A stretch of 64,000 bases of DNA from a virus: positions 32,001 to 96,000 of IMG/VR virus record IMGVR_UViG_3300009514_000374. One strand, written 5' to 3'. The notes beneath the pieces were generated by a model. The model made no database searches, was not told the origin of the DNA, and worked only from the letters and a program-made list of their open reading frames with translations. Numbering within the stretch: position 1 is the first letter of the stretch; every line of letters begins with the position of its first letter. The position numbers were made by a program, and so were the translations under genes. Shown here piece after piece: positions 1-8,769 of the stretch.

Positions 1-2
1 GT

Positions 3-884
3 GGTTTCAACGCGCCGTGGCTCACGAAAAACAAGAACCCGCGAGGTCAAGCATGGGCCGGGGGCTCGTTCAAGACAGCGGTGCGTATCACCGTTGAGAT
101 CCCCAACAGCGACCCCAAGCTCAAGCACTGGCCTGAGCTTGCAGCCGAAAAGAACGTCTCGGACTCGTGGTTCCTGGCGCTCGACAAGGCGGGTGGCGGT
201 GGCTCGGACGACTGGTACATCTACATGGGCTCGATCCCCGTGAGCCGGATCAAAGAGGTCGAGGTCAACGGAAAGACGGTGAAGGTCGGGAAAGCGGTGG
301 GCTTCCATGGATGGAAGATGTCACCAGAGTCGATGCGCTTGCCCGGCCCACAATTCACCGACAAGAAACCGATCCCGGCCGAGGACATCGAGGAAGCCGT
401 TGAGTATCTGGACGAGGTAAAGCCCGGTGTGCTCGTCGGCTACAGTCGCGGCGGTGCCATCACCATGCTCGCGCTACGCAAGCACCGGGGCGCCAAACCC
501 AAGGTGATCTACGTGGCGCCGGCTTGGCTCCGAGGGTGGGCTCATGCTCAGCCACCGCACACCCAAGGCGTGATCCTCCACGGGGACAAGGACAAGCACG
601 TTCCCCTGGAGCACTCCTGTGAGCTTGCCAAGGACACGGGGATGCCGCTTCGCGTCGTGGAGGACAGGAACCACATCACGATCCTCAAGGACAAGCTCAA
701 CCCGAATGCAGGCAAGCCCGTGCCGCGCTCGATGTTGGACGACTGTGTGAACAAGTTGCCTGATTGGGGCACGAGCGGCGTGGGCACCCCTGAGCAGGTG
801 AAGCAGCAACAGGAATTCGCAGACCGCCTTGGGATGGCGGTCAAAGTAGCCGCCCGCTATCTCAACGGGGGCTCTCGCCGGTAG
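3..884 (+). CDS. 5'-truncated fusion: possible ADP-ribosyltransferase-like domain + alpha/beta hydrolase + C-terminal KVAARYL tag
   Basis: Frame is open from nt 3 (GFNAPWLTKN...). Nucleophile elbow GYSRGG, HGDKD Asp and a later His (RNH) fit an alpha/beta hydrolase. WLT...WYIYMGSIP in the N-terminal part resembles ART-like folds (weak). Confidence 0.7.
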   Translation, partial: GFNAPWLTKNKNPRGQAWAGGSFKTAVRITVEIPNSDPKLKHWPELAAEKNVSDSWFLALDKAGGGGSDDWYIYMGSIPVSRIKEVEVNGKTVKVGKAVGFHGWKMSPESMRLPGPQFTDKKPIPAEDIEEAVEYLDEVKPGVLVGYSRGGAITMLALRKHRGAKPKVIYVAPAWLRGWAHAQPPHTQGVILHGDKDKHVPLEHSCELAKDTGMPLRVVEDRNHITILKDKLNPNAGKPVPRSMLDDCVNKLPDWGTSGVGTPEQVKQQQEFADRLGMAVKVAARYLNGGSRR

Positions 885-939
885 GTACCGATTGGCGGGT
901 CGATGGCGATACTCCGAACCTTCCCCGTGAACGCGGAGC

Positions 940-1431
940 GTGCGGGTGAAAGGCCCGCCCATCTCGGTACAGTGGTGCATGGGCATTGTGGCTCCCCGAA
1001 AGCCGTGGGCGAAAGGCGCTCACGGGAATTACTCGTGCTTCACCATCGAGGTAATGGTCGTCCGCGACGCCCAAGGCGACGTGTGGAGCCAACACGACTT
1101 ACAATCGGATCAGGATCGGGAGGTTGCTGGAGCGATGCCAAGCGGAGGCATCGAACAGGCGGCACATGCGCTATTGTGCGAGTCGATCAAGCGCGAGGCG
1201 CTGCTCGACATCCTGATCAAGATGTCCAACGATCCTGTATTCCGCGAGGAAATTCGGGACGAGAGCCCGGAAACGGTGAAACGCCTCTCGGATGGCGTAG
1301 TAAATGCTATCCTCGGGACATTCCAGCAAGCGGTGGTGAAATTGGGGCCGGAAGCGGCGCGAGGGGCGCTCGACCTAATTCGCCAGGAGATGAATGAGCA
1401 AGAAACGAAACCCGGACCCGACGATGTTTGA
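940..1431 (+). CDS. hypothetical protein
   Basis: ORF with genome-typical codon usage, no motif recognised. Confidence 0.6.
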   Translation: MRVKGPPISVQWCMGIVAPRKPWAKGAHGNYSCFTIEVMVVRDAQGDVWSQHDLQSDQDREVAGAMPSGGIEQAAHALLCESIKREALLDILIKMSNDPVFREEIRDESPETVKRLSDGVVNAILGTFQQAVVKLGPEAARGALDLIRQEMNEQETKPGPDDV

Positions 1432-1630
1432 GCGGAACGCACAGGCCATGAAGCCCGTTCTGGAGCGTCGGCACGCCGCGAGCCAGCGAGCTATCCTACT
1501 GCGGCTCCAAGCCGCTCTGGAGGCCGGTGAGGACGTTGAGGCGGCTGTCACGGAGGCTGCGTCGGACGTGTACTGGCAAGGCGTGAAGGACGGGCTCGAT
1601 TTGACCCTCCCGAACCCCGACGCGGCCTGA
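1394..1630 (+). CDS. small hypothetical protein
   Basis: AGGAG upstream; overlaps the previous ORF end. Confidence 0.55.
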   Translation: MSKKRNPDPTMFERNAQAMKPVLERRHAASQRAILLRLQAALEAGEDVEAAVTEAASDVYWQGVKDGLDLTLPNPDAA

Positions 1631-1686
1631 TTCGCCCACGTTTTTCGGCCTATGCGCCCCCTAGGAATAGGGAGTCCTACGCGCGC

Positions 1687-2544
1687 GTGCCGATTGATTG
1701 GGATACTCAGCCCCTCGGGCAAATGACCGACGCTTCTTTGGCGGACAGGATTGGTGTGTCCTCTGGAGTGGTTCAGTACCAGCGCGCGAAACGCAAGATC
1801 CGACCTTTTCATCCGAATCGATCGATCAAAGGGATCCAATGGGACGACCAACCGCTAGGGCAGGTTAGCGATTCGGATCTTGCCCGCCAACTTGGAGTCG
1901 CCCCTGCCGTGGTGTGTAACGCCCGAAAAAGAAGAGGGATTGTAGCACTCACTCCCCGTTGTGCAGAGGTCGATTGGCGTACCCTTCCCCTCGGTGATTT
2001 TCCCGATCAAGCGATTGCGTCTTTGATCGGTGTGTCGCAGCCGACCGTCACCCGCCATCGTAATCGGCTTGGAATTGCTCCTTGTAAGCATCCGTTTCTG
2101 ACAAAAGAAGGGCGCGCTGCCAATTACCCCGAAGCCCTAATTGATCTGTACTGGCACGAGAGGAATATCGAGCACGAATTCCAGGTCCCGATCGGCCAGT
2201 ACATCGCTGATTGGGTTTTGGAAGGCAGACAAGTCGTAGAGTATGCTGGATTTTCGGCGAGCCCTCGATGGGGCAAGGCTTATCGGGCTCGTTTGCGTGA
2301 AAAGGTTGGCTTTTATACCTCAGAGGGGTGGGAGGTCCGTGTGATCTGGCCCCAAGATCTCAAAGAATACGATCTCGGTTTTCGACCCAAACCTTGTCGG
2401 GATCTGAGGTCCAATGGGGTTGTCTGGTCGGAGCAGCCTTTGGGGCAGATGCTTGACACCGCCCTGGCAAAACACCTTGGCGTGACTCAATCCACGGTTA
2501 CACGATGGCGGCAAAAGCTCGGCATCCCAAGATACCATGCGTAA
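1687..2544 (+). CDS. putative free-standing homing endonuclease: Vsr/DUF559-like nuclease with four HTH-like repeats
   Basis: Four W-x-x-x-PLG-x-x-x-D-x-x-(L/I)A-x-x-(L/I)GV repeats flank EFQVPIGQYIADW...VVEYAG...GWEVRVIW. Codon usage is more AT-rich than its neighbours. Confidence 0.6.
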   Translation: MPIDWDTQPLGQMTDASLADRIGVSSGVVQYQRAKRKIRPFHPNRSIKGIQWDDQPLGQVSDSDLARQLGVAPAVVCNARKRRGIVALTPRCAEVDWRTLPLGDFPDQAIASLIGVSQPTVTRHRNRLGIAPCKHPFLTKEGRAANYPEALIDLYWHERNIEHEFQVPIGQYIADWVLEGRQVVEYAGFSASPRWGKAYRARLREKVGFYTSEGWEVRVIWPQDLKEYDLGFRPKPCRDLRSNGVVWSEQPLGQMLDTALAKHLGVTQSTVTRWRQKLGIPRYHA

Positions 2545-3139
2545 AGCAGCTAAAGCCGATTTGGTGCCACAGAGGCAACCTTCCCAATTTTCGTGCATGA
2601 CAACATCCATGCAGATGTGTCTGCTCGCGCTCGGAATTCCTGCCGCAGAAGCGACGTATGAATTGGTCAACAAGGTCATGGGCGCCAAGCCGATGAATGG
2701 CGCGACGTGGGAGGATGCCGCCGCATGTGCTCAGCACTACGGGTGCCGTGCCACGTTGGTCGTACCCTCGACCATTCGTCAGATGAAGGAGTGGACTGAC
2801 GCCGGGACGCCCGTGATGATCGCGTGGAACCCCGAGGGCCGCGACTGGTCGCACGCCTCCGTCGTGTTCCACGTTGACGACGACCTCACCGTTCACGTCG
2901 CCGACCCGAATATCCCAGACCCCGACGAGACCGTGCGGGTCGTACCCAAAAGCGAATTCTATTCCAAGTGGTCCGAAAAATGGCCTCGCTACCTTGTGCG
3001 TCGCCCGGCGATGGCGATCGAGCGCGAGATCAGTGATGGCAAACAGGTCATGGCAAGCATGGCCCGTACCGCTTCGACCCGTTCCGTGGGGGCCACGATC
3101 GTAGCTGCCCGCTTCCGAGCCAGACAGGAGAAACCATGA
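2537..3139 (+). CDS. C39-like (papain-fold) cysteine peptidase with C-terminal IVAARF tag
   Basis: Q-x5-C (QPSQFSC), SHASVV His, VADP Asp. Confidence 0.75.
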   Translation: MRKAAKADLVPQRQPSQFSCMTTSMQMCLLALGIPAAEATYELVNKVMGAKPMNGATWEDAAACAQHYGCRATLVVPSTIRQMKEWTDAGTPVMIAWNPEGRDWSHASVVFHVDDDLTVHVADPNIPDPDETVRVVPKSEFYSKWSEKWPRYLVRRPAMAIEREISDGKQVMASMARTASTRSVGATIVAARFRARQEKP

Positions 3140-4545
3140 GCCGTTCCCGCCTTACCGATCCTAGCCGCATCGAGAACAAGTGGGGTCAGACCCTTGGCAA
3201 GAAGGCCGCCAGGGCTCCCTCGGGACTCTACGGGTATCCCAAATCGATCCAAGCCTCGTGCGAGGCCAGCGTTCGCAAGCTGCGGAAGGCCGCACTCAAG
3301 ATCGTCAAGGCCGCGTACCAGAAGGACGCCAAGGTCGCCGATTTCCTTGAGGTCCACGCCAAGCGAAACAAGAGCGTCCCGGCCAAGGTGCTGCTCGCCA
3401 CGCTCAACGAGGCTCGTCCTGTGTTCGGCAAGTTTGGCGTCGAGGGTGGCAAGACAGCGGCCCGAGGACGGTACGGGCTCTATGGCTACCCGGCCCGCAC
3501 CGCCAGCCTCGGTGTCCAGGCGTGTGCCCAATTCCGTGAGGCGGCGGGGCACATCGCTTCGGATCTTCACCGACGCAAGGCGGCTAAGTACGAGCGCATC
3601 ACCGGGTTTCTCCAGTCACACTGGAAACAAGGCAAGTGCGGCTACTCCCGCTTGCTCCACGCGAGCTACCCCGATGCCTCGATGCGGCTTGCATCTGGCG
3701 CCGAGAAACAATCGGGCCGTAAGCAAGCTGGCCCTGGCGCTGGCGTGGATGTGATCCTCTCGGGCGATAAGCGAGGGTATCGCTTGCCTGACCGCATTGA
3801 CTACGACGGCGACCTCAAGGTCACAGAGAAGGGGAAAGTGACGGGAAAAGCAACCTGTACGAACCTTTACATCGCCTCGTACTACGACAGCGCCTTCATT
3901 CGTAACCCCGGCACGATCGAGGTTGACGATTTGGGGGATGCTTTCACCGACGAGATGGAATACGTGTTCGGCCCGGAGGGGAAGCAAGGTAAGGTCAAGC
4001 TCACCGCTCAGGTCAGTGGCGTGGAGAATGCCATGCTGAGCGGTGGGTACGTCCGCAGCAATGCCCCCTCGCATTTCGATGTCAAAGGCGTCTTGCTGGT
4101 CGAGGTTGAGGATGAAGGCGGCTACGTCGGATCCTTTGAGGTACCTTTCGACGGCACCATGAACACAACGCCTGCGTTCAAAGAGGCGTGGGAAAGCCTG
4201 GACGACCCGGATTGGGACGAGCGTGACGAGGACGGGAACTTCATCGAGGAAGGCCCCGAAAAGCGCTTTGCTTCGGGACCACCTACGACGGTTGCTGGCT
4301 GGCTCGGAGAATCCAAGACGGCGGGGTCCTACCTCACCGTCGTCCCGGCCCACGGACGCGACTACAGCAGCAAGGCGGCCGTGATGAAGGATTGGGCCGA
4401 CAACATGGATTTCCTCGTCATGGATATGTCGTCCCCTTGGGACGGCAAGCCGATCAACAAGCAGGATGCCGACAACGCTGGCAACTTGCGCGCGATCAAC
4501 ATCCGCTACAACAAGCTGCGCAAGGTCGTAGTGATCAACCTCTAG
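3136..4545 (+). CDS. multidomain protein: two GLYGYP repeats, an acidic domain and a C-terminal small phage-type domain
   Basis: Internal repeats SGLYGYP and YGLYGYP; C-terminal VPAHGRDY...DF...INIRY module; KKAA/KTAA/KQA/KTA junctions. Confidence 0.7.
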   Translation: MSRSRLTDPSRIENKWGQTLGKKAARAPSGLYGYPKSIQASCEASVRKLRKAALKIVKAAYQKDAKVADFLEVHAKRNKSVPAKVLLATLNEARPVFGKFGVEGGKTAARGRYGLYGYPARTASLGVQACAQFREAAGHIASDLHRRKAAKYERITGFLQSHWKQGKCGYSRLLHASYPDASMRLASGAEKQSGRKQAGPGAGVDVILSGDKRGYRLPDRIDYDGDLKVTEKGKVTGKATCTNLYIASYYDSAFIRNPGTIEVDDLGDAFTDEMEYVFGPEGKQGKVKLTAQVSGVENAMLSGGYVRSNAPSHFDVKGVLLVEVEDEGGYVGSFEVPFDGTMNTTPAFKEAWESLDDPDWDERDEDGNFIEEGPEKRFASGPPTTVAGWLGESKTAGSYLTVVPAHGRDYSSKAAVMKDWADNMDFLVMDMSSPWDGKPINKQDADNAGNLRAINIRYNKLRKVVVINL

Positions 4546-4549
4546 TCCG

Positions 4550-5137
4550 ATGTCAATTTCTCTCCGCGAAGGCGTCCAAGCGGACGTAGAACTGATGAAA
4601 GGCGGGGACCGCTTCCCGGTCGCCGCAGGTCCAATTCTACGCAGCACGGGTTGGCGCGGGGGCCTTTGGGTTCGTTACGTTCCACCCACGGGCGCCGATG
4701 ATTTCGTGGTCGAGGCAAGTGACGGCATCGACGGCACGGGGTTCTTGTTGTTCCCGAGCGAGAACTACAGCACGCCAGGCGGTTTCGCCTCCGGCGTGGC
4801 ACAAACTACCAACGAGCAAAATTGGACCTCGTACCAATTCACGACTGAGCCTGCGGTCGCCACGAACGTCGTGACGATGGTGAACGGAGGCACCCGAGTC
4901 CTGTTCCGCGTGTTTGAGACGGTGAGCCTGACGGGCGCTGGCGTCCGCTCGGGTCCACCGATCACGTACAGCCTCAACGACCCGCTCAAAATCAGCGAGA
5001 ATGGCTTGCTGTGCAACGACCCCGACGCAGCCTTGCTGGCCGCAACCGGGGGCGTGGTGACTCTCGTCGTGGGGTTCTGTTGCTCGGTGCCGTCACCCCG
5101 CAACGACAACCGACTCGGGCTCGACCTCAAATTCTAG
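4550..5137 (+). CDS. putative virion structural (head decoration-like) protein
   Basis: Beta-rich, Gly/Thr/Val-rich 195-aa ORF; the function is inferred. Confidence 0.45.
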   Translation: MSISLREGVQADVELMKGGDRFPVAAGPILRSTGWRGGLWVRYVPPTGADDFVVEASDGIDGTGFLLFPSENYSTPGGFASGVAQTTNEQNWTSYQFTTEPAVATNVVTMVNGGTRVLFRVFETVSLTGAGVRSGPPITYSLNDPLKISENGLLCNDPDAALLAATGGVVTLVVGFCCSVPSPRNDNRLGLDLKF

Positions 5138-5139
5138 CC

Positions 5140-5454
5140 ATGTCCGACGCAAGTGCCAAACGAATCGCCGCTGCGTACCGGAGGACCAAACCCACCCCTC
5201 CGGGGTTTCGGCATGGGTACGTTGCTACGGTGACCGTCGAGCTATACGCTACCTCGGAAGCGCAAGCTCGGCGTCAACTAGATCGGTTTCTGGCCGGTGG
5301 CGACAAAACCGTGGCGCGGCATGTGATCGACACCCTTCACACGGGCTCGATCGGCGGTCGGAACCCCCCGGAGCCACGATGGACCCCTTCCGAGTGGGAG
5401 GGGTGGGATCCATGGGAGGGGTACGGCGACAAGCAGGCGGCCCCCGACGATTGA
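5140..5454 (+). CDS. hypothetical protein with N-terminal KRIAAAY tag
   Basis: ATG at 5140, 2 nt after the previous stop. Confidence 0.6.
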   Translation: MSDASAKRIAAAYRRTKPTPPGFRHGYVATVTVELYATSEAQARRQLDRFLAGGDKTVARHVIDTLHTGSIGGRNPPEPRWTPSEWEGWDPWEGYGDKQAAPDD

Positions 5455-5460
5455 CGAGTG

Positions 5461-5664
5461 GTGGGAGCGAGCCATGACCACGGGCATCCCATACCGGAAG
5501 CCGTTTGACCCACCCCCGCCGCACCGAGAGGCCGTATCACAGCGACGCCCCCGGCCTGCCCACCGACCGCGACTGATGCTGGTCGCGCTGCTCGTGTTCG
5601 CGGCGCCGGGGTTCGCTATGTCCGCCGCAGCCACGTCATGTGGGAGCGAGCCATGACCACGGGC
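5461..5664 (+). repeat. perfect 25-bp direct repeat (5461-5485 and 5640-5664) flanking a small ORF
   Basis: gtgggagcgagccatgaccacgggc occurs twice. Confidence 0.95.
5474..5656 (+). CDS. 60-aa putative membrane peptide
   Basis: GGGAG RBS; hydrophobic LMLVALLVFAAPGFAMSAAA after a basic, Pro-rich N-terminus. Confidence 0.5.
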   Translation: MTTGIPYRKPFDPPPPHREAVSQRRPRPAHRPRLMLVALLVFAAPGFAMSAAATSCGSEP

Positions 5665-6770
5665 TAGCGGTCGAAAGCCTCGTCCAGACGGCCGCGACCA
5701 GCCTCGCGCTCACGCTGGATGATATTCTTGGCCGTCCGCAGCAAGCTCGCGGCCTGGTTGCGGGTGATCTTCATGTGCTCGCTGATCTCCCGCACGGTCA
5801 TTTCCAGCACGATCCGGTTGTAGAGCACTTGCTTGTACTGCTCGGCGTTTTGCGGAGCACGGCGACGCAAGATGTCCTCGACGGCCGCGAAACCAGCATC
5901 GAAGGCGAGCTTCTGCTCGACCATCGAGACGGTCGTTTCATCCTCAACCGCTTCCATGGGGACAGTCGCACCCTCGTTCAGCCCATCGCTGTTCGCCGCC
6001 CAAGTGAAATTGGGGTTCTCGTGCGCCTTGGAAGGCTGCGTGGAACGAACGGTGAGTGGTTTACGGACGCGGTATTCCTTGACCTCTTTGGGCGTGAGCG
6101 CGCCGTGGATGGCGCGGCAAACAGGGTTGCGGGAGGCGTCCCGCGTGTCCGTCCGGCCCTGGTTGTGGGCGTAGCCCTTGACCTTGGCAAAGCTGATCTT
6201 GTCCCCGGTGAGCAAAGCCTCGCGCAACGAGTCACGCTTGATCATGTTCAACAAGAATTGCTGGACGTGATCCTCTACCTGCCCGAGTACCTGCGACCGA
6301 CGCATCTTTCCGCCGAGCCACACGCGGAGTTGATCGATCAAGGGTTGGCCTTGCTTCTCGATCCACTTGGCCGTGAGGTTCACGTTGGGGTCGTCGGTCA
6401 GATCGACAACCTTCATGCGAGTACGCTGACGACGGCGCGTGGGAGTTTCGTTCACGACGGAAGGCAAACCGTCGTACACGAGATTCTTGGCGTGTTCCGT
6501 GCCAGCGATGGTGAGAGCCCAACCGTCGTCGCTGCTACCATCGACGTTGATCCTGCCGATTAGCTTGGGCTGGCGAAGCGCCTGTAGGACGATGCCGTGT
6601 AGTTCCGAGTCGGAACCCAAGACGCCCGCGAGATGGATGACCCGATCGATGATCGAGCGTTCCGACACCACGTTGTAGGGTCGGAAATCGGAAAGTTCGC
6701 CAATAGCGAGTATGGCATGATCCGAAAATTGTTCGGCATACCAGTGCGGTTTGGATGCAGCGCGATTCAT
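5664..6770 (-). CDS. RNA polymerase sigma-70 (ECF-like) factor with N-terminal extension
   Basis: Region-2-like VEDHVQQFLLNM...YAHNQGRTD; region-4 HTH VLEMTVREISEHMKITRNQAASLLRTAK; GGAGGA RBS. Confidence 0.7.
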   Translation of the reverse strand: MNRAASKPHWYAEQFSDHAILAIGELSDFRPYNVVSERSIIDRVIHLAGVLGSDSELHGIVLQALRQPKLIGRINVDGSSDDGWALTIAGTEHAKNLVYDGLPSVVNETPTRRRQRTRMKVVDLTDDPNVNLTAKWIEKQGQPLIDQLRVWLGGKMRRSQVLGQVEDHVQQFLLNMIKRDSLREALLTGDKISFAKVKGYAHNQGRTDTRDASRNPVCRAIHGALTPKEVKEYRVRKPLTVRSTQPSKAHENPNFTWAANSDGLNEGATVPMEAVEDETTVSMVEQKLAFDAGFAAVEDILRRRAPQNAEQYKQVLYNRIVLEMTVREISEHMKITRNQAASLLRTAKNIIQREREAGRGRLDEAFDR

Positions 6771-6872
6771 GTTGTCCTCCCGCTCGGTCTTGGGAGGGAC
6801 CGAGCTTTGTCAGTTGGCGTCGCCAAAGTGACTAGGGCTCGCAGTGAGCACGGGGTCGGCGGCGACGACCTC

Positions 6873-6902
6873 TTGATACCCCCGCGCGGCGCCCGCTGTC
6901 AA
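6873..6902 (-). promoter_or_regulatory. sigma70-type promoter for the minus-strand sigma gene
   Basis: TTGACA-N18-TATCAA on the minus strand. Confidence 0.6.
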
Positions 6903-7044
6903 GAAAACAGCGGATCCGTAGGTCCACAAGTCCAAGCTGGAAAGAGCCGAGAAATTCTGCGCATTTGGGCGGCGGTTTTCCACCCTTTCCCCAAGCTCCG
7001 GCCGCGAGGAATTTGGGGGCGATCTCCTTGCTCGGTGGCTGGAA

Positions 7045-7056
7045 TACTCGGGCTAT
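7045..7056 (+). promoter_or_regulatory. candidate late promoter TA-N6-CTAT
   Basis: TACTCGGGCTAT 20 nt before ATG 7077; the motif recurs at 5 other operon heads. Confidence 0.5.
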
Positions 7057-7076
7057 AGCTACCCCTGTGCGAGAGC

Positions 7077-8372
7077 ATGAGCGCCTACCTCACAAGCCTT
7101 TTTCGCCGGGCCTCCAAGACCCCTGTGACGGAGCCCTCCCACCTACGGGTGGCAGGACGCTACCTACGGGCCTATCTGAGCCCGAAAACAGACCTCTTGG
7201 CCCGCGTCCAGATGCTTGAGGGTGCGGCAGACGTGCCCCGAGGGGCTTGGACACGGCGGCTCGTACCGGCCGAGGCCAAGGACTATTTCGGGGAGGGCCT
7301 GGCCCCGGAGTGGACGCTTCGATCCGATTCAGGGCTCGCCAATGCAGCCGTCGAGGCAGTCAAAAAGAACATCGGTGAGCACGGCACTCCGGGTGTGATC
7401 CGATCCAAGCTCCGCGATATGTCGGCCGACGAGATGGTGAATTCGTTTATTGGGGGGTTGTGGCCTTGGCCCGCCCCCTCGTACTACGAGTGCCTCCAGT
7501 GTGGCAAGCGGTCCAAGAAGGACATTTCTAAGTGCCCCAAGTGCGGGGGAGAGGTTGAGCCGAGGGGTGCTGAGCACTCGATTATGAAGGCACCGCCCTT
7601 CTACGCCATCGGACAGAAGATGGACGAGCCGACCATCGAGGGTTTGCGTGACGGCTCGATCAAACCTGACCGCTTCACCCCCATTGTGTACTCGTGGGTG
7701 CAGCAACGTGCTCGTGACGAGCTACGCAAGTGGATGCGCGCTGTGGGCCGGGGCAGGGGACATGAGACTGAGTGGCTCCCCTCGGGAACCTCGCGCTTTG
7801 ACGTGATGGAAACCGACGCTGAACCCACCAGCGTTCTGTCTCGGATTCTCGGGATGAAGCACAACCCCAAGGCGAAGCGCCTGCGCAAGCTCTTGCGGGC
7901 CATCTCGGACGAGAACCCCCGCCGCGCCGATGCCGAGGTATTCAAGGAATTCCTGTCGATCATCGAGGGGATGTCGGCCGGGGAAACCTCCGTGGAATTC
8001 GGCCGGGTGGATGAACGCGGTATCCCGCGTGGGATTTCTGGAGTCATCGCCGAGCGCATGGGCAAGTCCCGGCAATTTGCTGGTCAGGCTCTCAAGCGGT
8101 CCTTTGAATTCTTGGCCGAGCGAGCCCAACGCAAACCGCAGCTAAAGCGTCTGTGGGAGGAAATCAGGGATGCCGAATTTGGAGCCGGGGAAATGGGTCG
8201 TTCCGCTTCGGCTACCGAGGAATTCCTGGCGGACCTCCAAGCATGTGGCGACGAGGTAATGGCTGCGTGCGACGCTGACGAGCACGAGGCTGATCGCACC
8301 GTCACTGTTGGACCTCTGGAGCTTACGATCGGGAAATTCCCCGGAGCGGGGTCGGGTGCCTACAGCAAGTAA
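7077..8372 (+). CDS. divergent sigma-factor-like protein with zinc ribbon and N-terminal RVAGRY tag
   Basis: CLQC...CPKC zinc ribbon; region-2-like FTPIVYSWVQQRARDELRK; HTH IAERMGKSRQFAGQALKR. Confidence 0.55.
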   Translation: MSAYLTSLFRRASKTPVTEPSHLRVAGRYLRAYLSPKTDLLARVQMLEGAADVPRGAWTRRLVPAEAKDYFGEGLAPEWTLRSDSGLANAAVEAVKKNIGEHGTPGVIRSKLRDMSADEMVNSFIGGLWPWPAPSYYECLQCGKRSKKDISKCPKCGGEVEPRGAEHSIMKAPPFYAIGQKMDEPTIEGLRDGSIKPDRFTPIVYSWVQQRARDELRKWMRAVGRGRGHETEWLPSGTSRFDVMETDAEPTSVLSRILGMKHNPKAKRLRKLLRAISDENPRRADAEVFKEFLSIIEGMSAGETSVEFGRVDERGIPRGISGVIAERMGKSRQFAGQALKRSFEFLAERAQRKPQLKRLWEEIRDAEFGAGEMGRSASATEEFLADLQACGDEVMAACDADEHEADRTVTVGPLELTIGKFPGAGSGAYSK

Positions 8373-8769
8373 ACCTTCGGCGCTTCGGGTTGCTCGGCTT
8401 TTCACAGCCCGTGCTGCCGAGGGCGACTGCTACGAGGCCGCCGCGAATTACATCGTGGAGCGCGGCCTTGGGCTATGGGGCGGCAAGGGCAAGCCCAAAT
8501 CAGGCTTGATTCTCGTCCATGGCGAGGTAGCGGGCCAAGGTCCGTTGGAGGGTGTCAATTTTGGGCACGCGTGGGTGCTCGACGGCAACACCGTGATCGA
8601 CAACTCCAATGGTCGGAACCTGCGGATGCCGAAATCCGCTTACTACGCGCTCGGCAAGATTGACGAGATCAACAATTTCCACGAGTACGATGTCGAGACG
8701 GCCCGACACATGCTGCTTCGGTTCAAGACCTACGGGCCGTGGGATCTGGAAACCTCGACAGGTCTGTGA
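8356..8769 (+). CDS. transglutaminase/papain-like Cys-His-Asp protein with RVARLF tag
   Basis: GDCYEAA, GHAWV, VID; GTG at 8356 with GGAG upstream. Confidence 0.65.
   Translation: MPTASKPSALRVARLFTARAAEGDCYEAAANYIVERGLGLWGGKGKPKSGLILVHGEVAGQGPLEGVNFGHAWVLDGNTVIDNSNGRNLRMPKSAYYALGKIDEINNFHEYDVETARHMLLRFKTYGPWDLETSTGL

Noticed and set aside
5461-5664. Direct repeats as a mini CRISPR array
   Set aside because: Only two copies with a 154-bp coding spacer
5640-6563. 307-aa plus-strand ORF
   Set aside because: Shadow of the minus-strand sigma gene, which has an RBS, a promoter and motifs
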